Below, one piece after another: positions 12,995 through 25,260 of a stretch of 64,000 nt of DNA; positions within the stretch are counted from its first letter, which is position 1; each line of letters opens with the position of its first letter. Location of the stretch: NCBI RefSeq assembly GCF_902652985.1, contig NC_047023.1, forward strand, positions 32,426,001 through 32,490,000, in the 5' to 3' direction. Position numbers and translations under genes: made by a program. Under the pieces are notes generated by a model. It was not told the origin of the DNA, ran no database searches, and worked only from the letters and a program-made list of their open reading frames with translations. This DNA comes from Pecten maximus (taxonomy: Eukaryota).

Positions 12995-14057
12995 AGTTCC
13001 TTAAATAGCTGGTCAGAAATATGTGGTCTATATAAATAGCTTACGAGAAGGATTTGGTCATGTGTTACTTCGTGTTTATATCTAATATGAGGCGATATGG
13101 AACACATGCTGCTATTTTCCCTCTCACTCCATGGTTTGTTTATACCTCATAAAATTAAATTATAGACGTCTTTATGGCTAAAGTCATTTCGTATTCCAAA
13201 CATTTAACAATGTAAATATTTCAAAATGAAGACAGAAGTTGTATATAATACTTATACATGCTATCTGCCAATCGGAAGAGTTAAGTGGTTTGGCCGGAGT
13301 CTGTAGACTGTATAACTGCCCAGTCCATTACTCATGTTTTAATATACACACGTAATGGACTATTATGTAATCGATTATTGGAACATGTAAAACAGTTACT
13401 GCATCTTCATTTAATTATTTCATGATAGTACATATATGAATATACATTATCAAACAAATGATTTATTCTTATTCAGACTCATTTCCTAAATAAGTGTTTT
13501 GGCTGGACCTTAAAAATATATTTAAAGAAGAAATTGTCAATCTTCGGTTAGATGCACACAGGAAAATGTAATTTGGGAATGTCTTTTTCGTATGCACAGG
13601 GAAATTATTTTCTTGCATACTTCGCAGGATAATCTCGTGGATCGGAAACTCTTTCTTGTGCATACTTATTTCATTCCCTGTTCACTGTTTAATTTGATAA
13701 CGTTATCTCAATCGTTCGTCTGACTATACGTAAAATGATTAAAATATCACATAACTGGCCTGTTACGCTATTTTATATCATACGGCCATGTCATAAAAAT
13801 CATGAGAATATTATTGCGACGTTATTTTCAAACCATAACTTTTCTTTTTTTGTTGTTCATTGGTGTGTAAACTGCAATTTTATCTATATTCTAAAAGACG
13901 CGTGTCATGTTGAAATATCTGCTTTAAAAATGCAGTTCACACACCGGTAAACAACAAAATGATCTACATGTAATACACGCCTTGTCACTATGATCATGTC
14001 AGGATATCGGGCCGACCATCACTGCGCCATTGAAACGTACTTTTTACGAACGCCGAT

Positions 14058-15205
14058 GTTCAAGTTCAAGTTCTTTATTGACTTTGAGTCTTCCGACTCA
14101 TCAGTATCATATACATGTACATACATTGTAATATACAAATTTTACATAACATTGACAACATCAGACAAAACACACAAAAAACATAAATTCGTGCCAGAGA
14201 CAATATACTCGGAGAGCATAACTATGTTAAAGAAGCTCTTTTGACATTTGCCACTTTGATGTATTTGGCCATTTTTTCTAAGTCTTTGGTATTTTGCCCG
14301 TTAAATAATTGTATCAATTTCAACATACTTGGTTTTTTAAAATAGTAACTTTTCAAATATTTCTTACGAATATCAGAATAACATGGGCATTTTAAAATAA
14401 AATGAAATTCATCCTCGACATCATTTAAATTACACACAGAACAAATTCTCAAATGTCGCTGGATATTTTGATAACGACCTTTTTCTACATTTAAATCATG
14501 AGCTGACAATCGAATTTTAGTAATTTCTTTTAAGTACCCTTTCCCTAATGGTTTTCTCAAATAACCCTGAATACCAAATTCATTGTCAAGACATGTATAC
14601 AAAAATCCCTTTGAAGATGTTCTAATTTGTTCTATGCAATCCTGTCTGTTAATATCTAAAAGTCTGTCTTTAATTACAATGGAAGAAATATTGTCAATAT
14701 TTTCTGTTTGCCATATATAGCCTAGGCCTATTCTATATAATTCGTTCTTGATATTTAATACCCATTTATCCTTATGCTCTAACATGTCTTTATAACATGA
14801 TCTTAAAATACAATTATCAGTGTTTATTATTTTTATCCAATATTTAAAAATTCTTAATTTCCTTAATAATGTCAATAGATATCTACCTAGCTCTAAATAA
14901 ACCATAGCATTACAAGTATTTTTCCGTACACCGAGTAATTGTTTACAGAATGAAGTATGTACTTATTCAACATCAGGCGCTTTATGAAAGCCCCATATTT
15001 CTGAACCATAACTTAAAATACTGTTAACATACGTATCAAAAACTGATAGTTGAGTTTCAATATTAAAATAATTTTTACGACATACATTCAAAATTGAAAA
15101 CAAAGCTTTTTTCCCTTGATCTGCTACTTTTTGCTGTGTTTTTCTAAAAGTCCCATTGTAATTTAGCAAAATACCCAGATAATTGAATTCGTTTACAATT
15201 TCCAA
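14058..15205 (-). mobile_element. 5'-truncated RTE-X-like LINE (RT C-terminus plus CCHC region) with one premature stop
   Basis: ORFs 14963-15205 and 14222-14905 share a frame, split by a TAA. Motifs FNYLG, LSYGSEIWG, ELGRY, VEKGRY and CxxC..EDEFHFILKC. AATAAA plus (AACTTG)n tail at 14058-14080. Confidence 0.9.
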
Positions 15206-15210
15206 ATGAC

Positions 15211-15517
15211 ATCCGTGGCGCAGTGGTATAAGCTGCGGATATCTTTGGCTAGGCGATTGGGTGCCGTAGATCGCGAGTTCGAGGCCCTGTCACAAAGTCA
15301 TAAAGTTGTCTTCCTGCGTCAATTGTGTTACTATGTTATATATCAGATTAGCACAATGGATCATGTGCACTATGTGTTGGTGATCCGAAGGTTAAGATTT
15401 ATGATATGTGTACAATTCCCGTCCATGTATGTAATACATTGCGATCCGGGTATTCATATCATCTAATAAACGACTTGTCATTATGATCATGTCAGGGTAT
15501 CAGGCCGACCATCATTG
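15211..15517 (+). mobile_element. tRNA-derived SINE-like or Pol III repeat unit (second family)
   Basis: A box TGGCGCAGTGG (~15216) and B box GAGTTCGAGGC (~15275). Its last ~45 bp are repeated at 13981-14024. Confidence 0.6.
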
Positions 15518-16344
15518 TTTGTCATGAATCCTGTATCCAAACTGATGAATCTTATTGAGAAATTATTTCCTGTGCTTATTTTTTGTTATTAATATTTATG
15601 CTATTCAAAAAAAAAAATGGATAACCGTCATTCATTCGACGTTATACGCAATAACGGAACAGTCCATAGTACATTGACGCCCGTGTTCGATCCTCTATTT
15701 ATGACCTTTTTCAAATGTCGGAAAACGCCGTGTAACGCGTGGGACTTCCTTGTTTCATGTACGAGAAAATGTCACCTCACACCGGAAAAGTTTGTGTTTA
15801 CCTGTCCAGAGAAATGCATAATTGGTACATGTACAACTACGCTACACTAAGTGAACTGAATAAGGATCATTCGGTGAAGACGTATATGAGCTATGTTAAT
15901 TAACCTGACACATGGTACAAGCTTGGCGAGTCACGATATCCACGATATAAGTGTTGTCAACATGAAGAACTGGTGTCCTAGAGTGCGCTATGACGTCATT
16001 CTACAAACGTTGCCAATAACACTAACAAGTTTAATCCACTTTCAGCTTTTTACACATCGAGTTGATGACATTATTTCCGCGTCGGTTAACGTTTTGTGGC
16101 GTCCTGTGTTCAGCTGGGCAGTGAGAAAAATCAGTTAATCAATCGAGCACGTGTCAGTCAGTCAAGTACATATACTTTTTGATCTTTGATTTAATGAGCA
16201 TATCTATAAATGTTTCTTTCTTCTAACATTGACAAAAGAAAGGGAATATTTAGAGTATATCTACTTTTAAACTGAAATTACACCTGAAGAGATATAAACT
16301 ATAAATACCTTAATAAATAAATTACAAGAGACCCTTACAATAGT

Positions 16345-16580
16345 CTACATGTTTTACGAGTGCGAAGTAGGAGTGAAAACTATCAGAGTATTAGCCACAC
16401 GAGTGAAATGTTTCTGGTATTACTGCAGATACTGTTAGATATTCTGTTTATTATATTTCTATAGCAAAATCTACCGGGCACCTTTGAAGTTCTCCCATTG
16501 TCGTTTGTAAGCAGTGTTTTGATTGGTCAAATCAGAAAAGTACAAATTTAATAACAGAGGAAAAAGTGATATTTTCACGA
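16345..16580. repeat. Decayed hairpin-type dispersed repeat (possibly a non-autonomous Crypton-like end)
   Basis: Imperfect hairpin GTTTTACGAGTGCGAAGTAGGAGTGAAAAC followed by ...CACACGAGTGAAA...ACTGTTAGATATTCTGTTTATTATATT, resembling a common bivalve repeat. Family assignment is from recall only. Confidence 0.35.
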
Positions 16581-17142
16581 ATGAATAATTTTCGATTTTT
16601 CACTGGTAAATACGTAATAAAGTGGTATATTCAGTTTGTTTCGTTTCGGGGTCAGGCAGCTCATAACTACGGCAATCTGACCTTCAACGCTTTCCCAGAC
16701 AACGATAATCATCATTTCGTACGGTTTTACTGGTAGTAAAATTTGTTCTCCAATGGTCAAGTGTGAGGAAGACTCGACTTTATTCCGAAACCATCGAATG
16801 TATCACATCTAAAAGCACGTGTAATGGTATCACCAAATAGTTTGGGTCTCTAGAGATGACGGTTGATGAAGTCTAGAGACAAATTGTATGGTCACCATCG
16901 TTTTATCTTGTTGTGTGACGTGAAGTTCGACGTCTTAAAACACTCGATGATATGCTCAGCGGTTTCATTGTCGCTAGTGCTGTTCTCTACGTAACCAGAC
17001 ATCACCAAACGTGTGACAGTTCTCAAAACTGCACACTTATATGTTCTATGTGGCAGCATTTATATCTTCTTCTTTTTTAAATGATACATTGTATAGTAAC
17101 TGATCTAAATATCAATTTGATTAACTTGTAAGCTATTGGATA

Positions 17143-17552
17143 GAGTGGAAGATAACAAACAACATCTCAAATAAACTAGATGTCTTCCAGACGAGATGCC
17201 TACGAAGAATCCTCAAAATATTCTGGCCACATACCATCTCCAATTCAGAATTATACAGGACTACAAATACAGCACCGTTGTCTCAGGAAATAAAGAAAAG
17301 GAAATGGCGATGGATAGGACATATATACAGGAAACACCCAGACACCATCACTAGGGTAGCACTGAGATGGACACCATCAGGCAAAAGGAAGAGAGGAAGA
17401 CCAAAAGAAACCTGGAGGCGGTCTGTAGAGAAAGAAATGAAGGAGATAGGGTGGACATGGGGACAAGTACAAAAATGGTCCCAAGACCGACATCACTGGA
17501 GAACTCTGGTAACGGCCTTATGTGCGTCAACGCACGAAGAGGATTAAGTAAG
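17143..17552 (+). mobile_element. 5'-truncated RTE-clade LINE 3' end
   Basis: Translation LDVFQTRCLRRILKIFWP...WRWIGH...ALRWTPSGKRKRGRPKETWRR is a typical RTE C-terminus. (TAAG)n tail; 9-bp TSD TATTGGATA at 17134-17142 and 17553-17561. Confidence 0.93.
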
Positions 17553-19580
17553 TATTGGATAAAGGCTTTGTGGCTACATACTAAATGTCGTTAATCAAGT
17601 CTATTTAAAACAGAATACATCGCTTACAAATCTATTAGGTTTCTCTCTGTGTCTCTCCCCTCCCCCTTTTTCAAGACATTTTGGGGTTTTTATGCTTGAT
17701 TTTGACCACAAATGAAGTCCGATTATTTAAGCATTGAACTGTTACCAAATGGTAGTATACAATCGATATGAATACAATTTGGGTGACATATAAATAGAAT
17801 GTGGCCGTTAGGGCGACATGAAATATTGATATGTCACCCAAATTGTATTCATATTGACTGTATACTACCTTTTGGTAACAATTCAATACTTATATAAACA
17901 ATCATAAAGATTAATTTTATTTACTGTAGGTTATGACGCGTTTAAATTTGCCGCTTACACTGACGTCATCAAGTTCAAATACCGGAACAGCAGAAATTTC
18001 CAGTAGAAATAATATAGTCCCTTCATGTCGTTATTGATAGCAAACACATAAAATGGTTTTTTTAGCAAATTTGGCTTAATTTTGTTTTTCATATACGTTT
18101 ACAGATATCGTCAAATTGTTCACAATTGCATAATTTCTGATTGCTTAAAAGCAAAGCGGTTTTTCTGCGCAATGATATACGGTTAACATTTAAAAGTGAT
18201 GCGGTGCTGAACGGGTATCGCACAGGACAGACTCGGATTCCTCGGAAACACTTATGTTTCTATCGATTTGATTTACATTTTTTTTTTCAGAAGAAAATCA
18301 GATCTAAATTCTAAATGAAAGTAGGTAAAAACGATTCCATGGATATTTCGTTCGAAACAGGTTCCAGTTTAACTAGTAACATCAGTGTCGCTAACTTAGC
18401 GGACGATGTTCAACTTCACAGGGGCTTGATTTTGGAGTGAGGTAGGCCTAGGCTTTGACATCAGTGAATAACCACAAAACTAAAATCCAGTAGATATCTA
18501 TACATACACAAACGGAAACCATCGACTTTAACTTTTTCATGTATATACATGTATATGTTAATACTGTGCTTCTGATGTTGTCGTGTCTTGCATTTCTGAA
18601 AATTCGGAAACGAGCCTCTGTGAGTGTAACGACATTGACAATTTGATGAATTTCGTATAGATCAAGAATGGCGCTTATGAGATATTACCCTCATAACTTG
18701 TGAAGTTGCTTTATTTTTTGTGGTGGCTCTCTATACCGAAAGTAACTGGTGGCCATTGTTTTAACCTACAACACCCAGAGCTTTATTCCTAAACTGACCG
18801 AATCACTGTAAATTGTAGTATACAGTTTCATGAATACAATTTGGTTTACTAACGACATAAAGGCAAATGCAACACAGAATTTAAATATTCCCCTATATAG
18901 CTTGTCTTAAAGAACACATTCTACCATTTCCTGTGAAATCAAACAGACCATATTGTGAGTCCGCATTTTGAAATTACCACTAGAGAAAACCGGAATAATG
19001 CTCGCTTGATGCCAGGTAGACATTCGCTATATTTGGATCATCGGTGCAAATTCCCTAATGAACACAACTTTATTCGCACTCTGTCAAAATCAAGCTACTG
19101 GTACGGCGTTTTTGATTGGTCAGCGAAATTCTCCTAACCAATCGATTTTAAGTTGTGTTACCTTTTCGGGCATATCTCAGTATCTATTTCATACCTCGCA
19201 CCACAGCATTTTACGTCATCAAGTGGTAACCACTTAAATTTGATTTTAATGTTCAGCGTTTAAATTCTATTCTCAGTTAAGGTAAATTGAAGCATTCTAT
19301 ATTTGATAAAAAAAATGTGTCATTTAGAAACTCATCACTTGTATATAAGAATTACTGATCTTTAATTGACATAAGTATAATAATATTAAGTAGTTTATCT
19401 ATATCTATATCTATACCAAAACAGTTAGCCTAACCTTCACATTAAAACAATGTCCGCAGCATCATGAAATATGATATAAATAATCCACATGGAATGATGG
19501 CATTTTATATGGATTTATATCATGGAATGTCCTAAAATAAACCCGTCTATAAAACATGCCACCAATTTCGTTATTCTGGT

Positions 19581-19903
19581 GTTATCGTATAACGTGGGGA
19601 TGTGACGATGTACCAATGTAGGTTATCGTATAACGTGGGAATGTGACGATGTACCAATGTATGTTATCGTATAACGTGGGAACGATGTACCAATGTATGT
19701 TATCGTATAACGTGGGAATGTGACGATGTACCAATGTATGTTATCGTATAACGTGGGAATGTGACGATGTACCAATGTATGTTATCGTATAACGTAGGAA
19801 TGTGACGATGTACCAATGTATGTTATCGTATAACGTGGGAATGTGACGATGTACCAATGTATGTTATCGTATAACGTGGGAATGTGACGATGTACCAATG
19901 TAT
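19581..19903. repeat. Minisatellite, 41-bp unit (GTTATCGTATAACGTGGGAATGTGACGATGTACCAATGTAT), about 8 copies
   Basis: Period 19581 to 19622; one unit carries a 5-bp deletion. Confidence 0.95.
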
Positions 19904-21512
19904 GGCTGGTCTCTCTGAAACAAACAGTAGACTCCAATGGGAGTATTGTCATGTTTCAACACTGGCGGTTCAATCATATATTTTACACCCCGTCAAACAG
20001 TATCAAATAGCCAGCGACGACATATAGGATATTGTATAACTAGTATGAGACAGTGGAACACTCTGATGTTCTCTGTAACATTACCGTACACTCAATTGTA
20101 TCTGTCACGGTATTACTATACTAACACAATTTACCTAAAAACAGCGCTTAGATCGATTTCCGGAAAACGTTTGTTTGTCTAAAACAGATTTAGAACGTGC
20201 ATTCCAGGAGACCTCTATTCAAATTCGGAAAAAAAGTATTGATTTCGATTTCGACATTTTGGTTCTTTAAACATATTGTTTTCGTCTCCGGCGTTAGTAC
20301 ACGTTTTTGCATGTCATTGTTAATAATCAATGAAAACAGATAAACAAATCACATGGAATTGTATATGGAAGTTGGCAAGACATTACGATACTTAAATTTA
20401 AAAATCCACGATTATTCTCCGTTTTATTGTATAAAAATGTATTATAATCTTATTTAAATTGAACTTCCGACAAATTATAATGTATGAAGTAATGGGGAAG
20501 ACATACTTTTAATTGATTCTACACGTGAATGTTTCGTTTAATGCAGTGACAACCAGCCTTGGCCTTGTTTACACATGTGTCAGAAAATGATATTGTGTAT
20601 GCATGTGTGTGTAGTGATATGCGGTTTTAAATTATCAATACATTTTCAAGTATGATTAAAATATTATCGGTTTTCATAAACAATGCACTTAACCTGTTAG
20701 AGTTGCCAGTAAGAATTACACTCAGGAATAAATTGTAGACCTCTACTCTTTAATATATAATTATAGAATATAGATTCTTCGGTGGCAAATGAAATATATA
20801 TTTCAAACGTCGTTATATCTGCTGTACAATCCAAGGTATTGAGAAATAATTGGTATTCACTCTTAGATTGTAAACTAACATATTGATTTCATTGATATGC
20901 GTTTATTATATCTGTACTGGTGACTAGATTGATATACAGGATCGTAAGAAATAAAGTATAATAAATCAATAACAGAAGCATCCCTTACAGTATCTGGTAA
21001 CCTTCAAAGCTATCGACAGGAAGCTGCAGAGATACCGAGCGAATATGAAAATAGAATTTATGAGACAGATCGCTTTAAAGTGTTTCCATTTAATGTTCAC
21101 AAACCCTCTTAATGTGTTCAGGGGGTAAGGAAATCTCAATATTAAACAGTTACCCTTATGTCACCGTTCTGTGTGCATTGCAGCGATGCAAATTCACACC
21201 ATGTGACCCACGTGTTATTGATCAATATGCTGTACGTAACACCTCACTCGTTTTACACGATATTAAAATTTAAATGCAAGATTACTGCTATGCATGTAAA
21301 TAAATGTCACAAACAAATTCAAAATTCAAGCGTTTGAATGAAATCGAAGAGGACTTATTTAGCGTTGTAGGTTCCATAGACCATTGTTCTCAATGCGAAG
21401 TGCTTTCCTTTAGCTATAATTGCTTTTCGTTAAATGGACTAACATATATTTAAGACATACATGCTTTTTCATGCAAAGAGACAAATGACAACTAACAGAG
21501 GAAGTAATCGCT

Positions 21513-21604
21513 TTATAATAGACTACATAGCATTGTAATGAAGACCAGTGTTAACATCGCGTTATAATAGACTACATAGCATTGTAATAAAGACCAGTGT
21601 TAAC
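21513..21604. repeat. Two-copy ~50-bp tandem duplication
   Basis: TTATAATAGACTACATAGCATTGTAAT(G/A)AAGACCAGTGTTAAC occurs twice in succession. Confidence 0.85.
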
Positions 21605-22774
21605 TTGAGTTTGGTAACTCGATGATCCACCTGTATTTCCAACTCATGTATGTTTTATTAGGACGAGACGTTCCTGACACCATATGTACCTTATGAACGT
21701 GGAATAATCATTCTCTAAGCAAATAGAGCTAATTACTAGTCTTCGTTAATCGTGTTTGGTTCAGAAATTAAATTAAACATAAGGAACAACGTATATCTTT
21801 TGATTGTTAAATATTGATGAACGTGCATATCAGAAGAACGTTAATTAAGTTGTACGAAACGACATAGATATATACTGTTGTATGTGGTTAGTTTGTAATT
21901 AACTAAGGTATATGTTCGCATTAATTGTTCAGTAATTACATACACATGATGGACGTAATCTTAAAAGCCATTAAGTTAGTATGCTACCATTGTAATCATC
22001 ACTAATGACAATGTGATTTTAGAGGTCAAGGTTTCCCATTGATAGGTATGTTCTACACATTTCTAAACAAATCCTCTCAGCACCGCCTGACACACATCTG
22101 TAGGGTTGTTATAGTTCGTACAAACAGTTTTTATTGTTACGTTTGACTGGAGTGACTCATGTGAAATGTATAGTGTTGTCACGTGGTATTTGAGTTGGAC
22201 TATGACACTCAAGAAAACTGAAATGGATATCAGTGAACATATTTGATCCAACGAACACATAATAACAGACATGGTTGAAATGATGCGGACAAAAGAGAGA
22301 TTGCATCGAGTAATTGTACGAAATGAAATTTTAAAGTGAAGATTTAGTGGCATTATATCTAATCATTTCAGAGGCGACGCTTTGTCAAGTCAAGCTTAAT
22401 ATCAAATCAAGCTTGGTATGCTTTTGGTTTGATCTAGCATACACCCATGACATTAAAATTAATTTGTCAACGTCTGTAATGAATGTTACATATTATTCTG
22501 TATAATAATGTTTGTGATAAAAAAAAACCGCTGTTTCTTAGAGGTGACAAGGTCAGCTGTATCATTTTTACGAATGCAAAAACAACGATTTGTTACCATT
22601 TTGATGCATTCTGGAGGACAGTTGTGTCATAATCTTGAATAATTTAAAATTTGAAACAGAATAAGGCACTGTTTGTTCTTAAGTCATTAGTCAGTATAGT
22701 CACCGATATAAAACTACGAAATACAATAGTTTTAGTAAATCTGTTACTGTTTTATAAGTGTTAATATCAACCAA

Positions 22775-23075
22775 GGGGATATATAGTTCTTAATGTTTTT
22801 GTAATTGTTGATACTATCCCAGGGGATATATAGCTCTTAATGTTTTTGTAATTGTGAATACAATCCCAGGGGATATGAAGGTCTTTGTTTTTGTAATTGT
22901 TAATACTATCCCAGGGGATATGAAGTTCTTTGTGTGTCTTTGTAACTATTAATACTATCCCAGGGGATATGAAGTTCTTTGTGTGTCTTTGTAACTATTA
23001 ATACTATCCCAGGGGATATGAAGGTCTTTACATGTTTTTGTAATTGTTGATACTATCCCAGGGGATATGAAGTTT
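22775..23075. repeat. Minisatellite, ~48-50-bp unit containing ATACTATCCCAGGGGATATG, about 6 copies
   Basis: Direct repeats visible, moderately diverged. Confidence 0.9.
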
Positions 23076-23129
23076 TTATGATTTTTCTTTCTGAATCTTA
23101 AAAATATTGATATGCTTTGCTGATTCTTT

Positions 23130-23310
23130 CAACAGCGACAGAATACCGACATAGAAACGAAACCATTCTTACACCAAGTCGATAAAACCAGGTCCAAATA
23201 TGAAGACAAACGATCGGTTTCCATGGATACCATTGAACAGCCACAAAGAGAATAAGATCAGGTGTTCCGTAAGATTAAGCGCCTTTTGTCATCGACGTCA
23301 CCCCTTATAA
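23130..23310 (-). mobile_element. Inverted, diverged copy of the PLE-associated 3' repeat family
   Basis: Minus strand GGGGTGACGTCG...GCGCTTAATCTTACGGAACACCTGATCTTATT resembles the copies at 4.6, 44.1, 57.9 and 63.7 kb. Confidence 0.45.
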
Positions 23311-23439
23311 CGCATACTACGCTAAAAGCATGAGAGCACACTGGCAAAGGCACGAAACCTGAACGCCTATCAGAACGACGACTACCAAACATATTTCAAG
23401 AGACAAACAGTCAATGACTGTGAAAGGTACAAAAGTGAC

Positions 23440-24760
23440 TTCGAAGCACAGTAAAATAAGACTTCAACATGTTTTCATTGATCTTTTCATTGATTGAACA
23501 ACCATGTACTTGTAACAAAAACCTTATTTCCATCATAAAAAGAAGAATTTAACCAGGCAAACCACGGAAATTACTACAGTTAATCAACTACATAGTGTCC
23601 ATCTCTCACCGCCCAATCGATCATTCCAAGTGGTCGCCAACAGAAGGCTTACATACCCATATGCTCACAGGCTATCATATTAAACCAAAATACTCTCTAA
23701 TCCATTCTAATCTATGTATATTGCATTGCAGCTAAAACGATGAAATATACTTCCCAGATACCCCGGTGAATACTTGTTTGACTGATACATAGGTTTAACA
23801 TGTATAACTTGTTCATATCTATGTTTTCTTTCTTAGTATCCATTCTGCATGAATTGCCACGTCCATGTTACTAGTATCAATGACCAGCCTTAGAAGGATG
23901 GAACCCCAATTTCATTAATCATTTTGCCAAAGTGAATTATTCATAAATTCATATTTAAAGGTACAATATACATGTGTTTTCTATGTACAACTCTCTATTT
24001 CAGTGTTTACTTGCAATGTAAACAATATAAAGATCTCTTTTTTCTTCTTCTTTTGAAATTATTCAATTTGAAAAATGTTTTTACTCTTCAGAATTTCACG
24101 AATGCTGGTATACCTTTTTGATATAGGACTATTCCTTAGCATGTCCACATTGCGTGCTACACTGATACTTATCAATAAAACATACTTCAAATAATATGTT
24201 CAAAGCCAAAGATGTATTTCTCTGAAACAATCCCGATGTTCAAACATACCAAAAACGGCCTGCTCACACGCGCTCACCAAGTCAATAGAGCATTGTAGGT
24301 GTGCACGTGTACTTGGATCACTCATACATCAAAATAGATGATGAACGAGTGGCACGTTTTTACCAAATAACCGCCCTGTCAAAGAACATTTTAAATATAT
24401 ACGAATGAAAGTGTGTAAACGAAGGTTTATTTCTGTGTAGCATATCAAAGTTAATGGTGTTCGCATAATCGATGCTAAAATTCTGGGTCTTGCTCATCCC
24501 AGAGGACTTCCAAATCAGACGATTAAACATATTTGCTTAAAAGAGTATTGACAAAAGTGTGAGGTGTTTCGCGAGTTCCTTTGAAAAAAAACCAATTGCA
24601 TCTGCCAACGGCAATTTATCCTACAGTAATTTAGCCTAAAAGTAGATTCATTCGTAACTCTGAATCAAAAATGGAACAAGTGGTCCCATTTACCATGGAA
24701 TTTGTATTAGAGAATTGATTCCCTAGGGACCCAATTACTAGTCTGGCCGCGTGAGAATAA
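23440..24760 (-). pseudogene. Decayed alpha-1,2-fucosyltransferase (GT11, FUT1/2-like) pseudogene
   Basis: Ordered motif relics across frameshifts and stops: GSLGNQ (24715-24732; cf. GRLGNQ), GHAKE*SY..IREIL (~24150-24090; cf. GYLQSWKYF..EIR) and VAIHA (23846-23860; cf. VGIHVRRGD). Further downstream: YFIV, LEWIREYF (23687-23710) and IDWAV...TV..F.WFAWLN (23547-23625; cf. D.A.L..CNH...TFGWWAAWL). Confidence 0.6.
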
Positions 24761-25184
24761 TTAGGGTCCACGTGAGACCATGCGCCCTGTGAACTTCTGT
24801 AATGGTGCATTGTTAACAAAATATGTTGCGTAAATTCGATTTGTGACCACCCCACATTCAATGAGAACTCGTATGCGGCAGAATTTAGTGATGTTTCTAC
24901 TCGAAAAGAAAGCAAGGTCATGTGACAGTAACTCTCTTCTGTGAATATGGGAAATGACATCAAGTTGTAGATTTAAATTCAAATTTTCTGTAAAGATCGA
25001 AAGAAATAAAATAGATCAATAATGCTTGTATTGTAAAATGCGCTGCAATGAGTTTTCGGTACCATCAACAGCACAGATTTCCTGTATCATATTTCAAAAA
25101 AAAGTCCATGTTTACTATATAGTTATCCTAAATAAAATGATTCCGTGCTACTAAATTAAAAAAAAAATGTAAATATCATCTTAC

Positions 25185-25260
25185 CTGTTCTGCATGCTCT
25201 TGTCAATCCAATCATGATAAGTACGTTGACGAAAGCTGATCCCCACCTGAGCCATGTCAT
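25185..25260 (-). CDS. Putative first coding exon encoding a signal peptide or signal anchor (MTWLRWGSAFVNVLIMIGLTRACRT), phase-1 donor
   Basis: ATG at 25260, hydrophobic core and G|GTAAG donor at 25185/25184. A polypyrimidine-CAG acceptor at 24988 keeps the frame open to a stop at 24761 (100 aa total). Probably the 5' exon of the FUT pseudogene. Confidence 0.45.
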
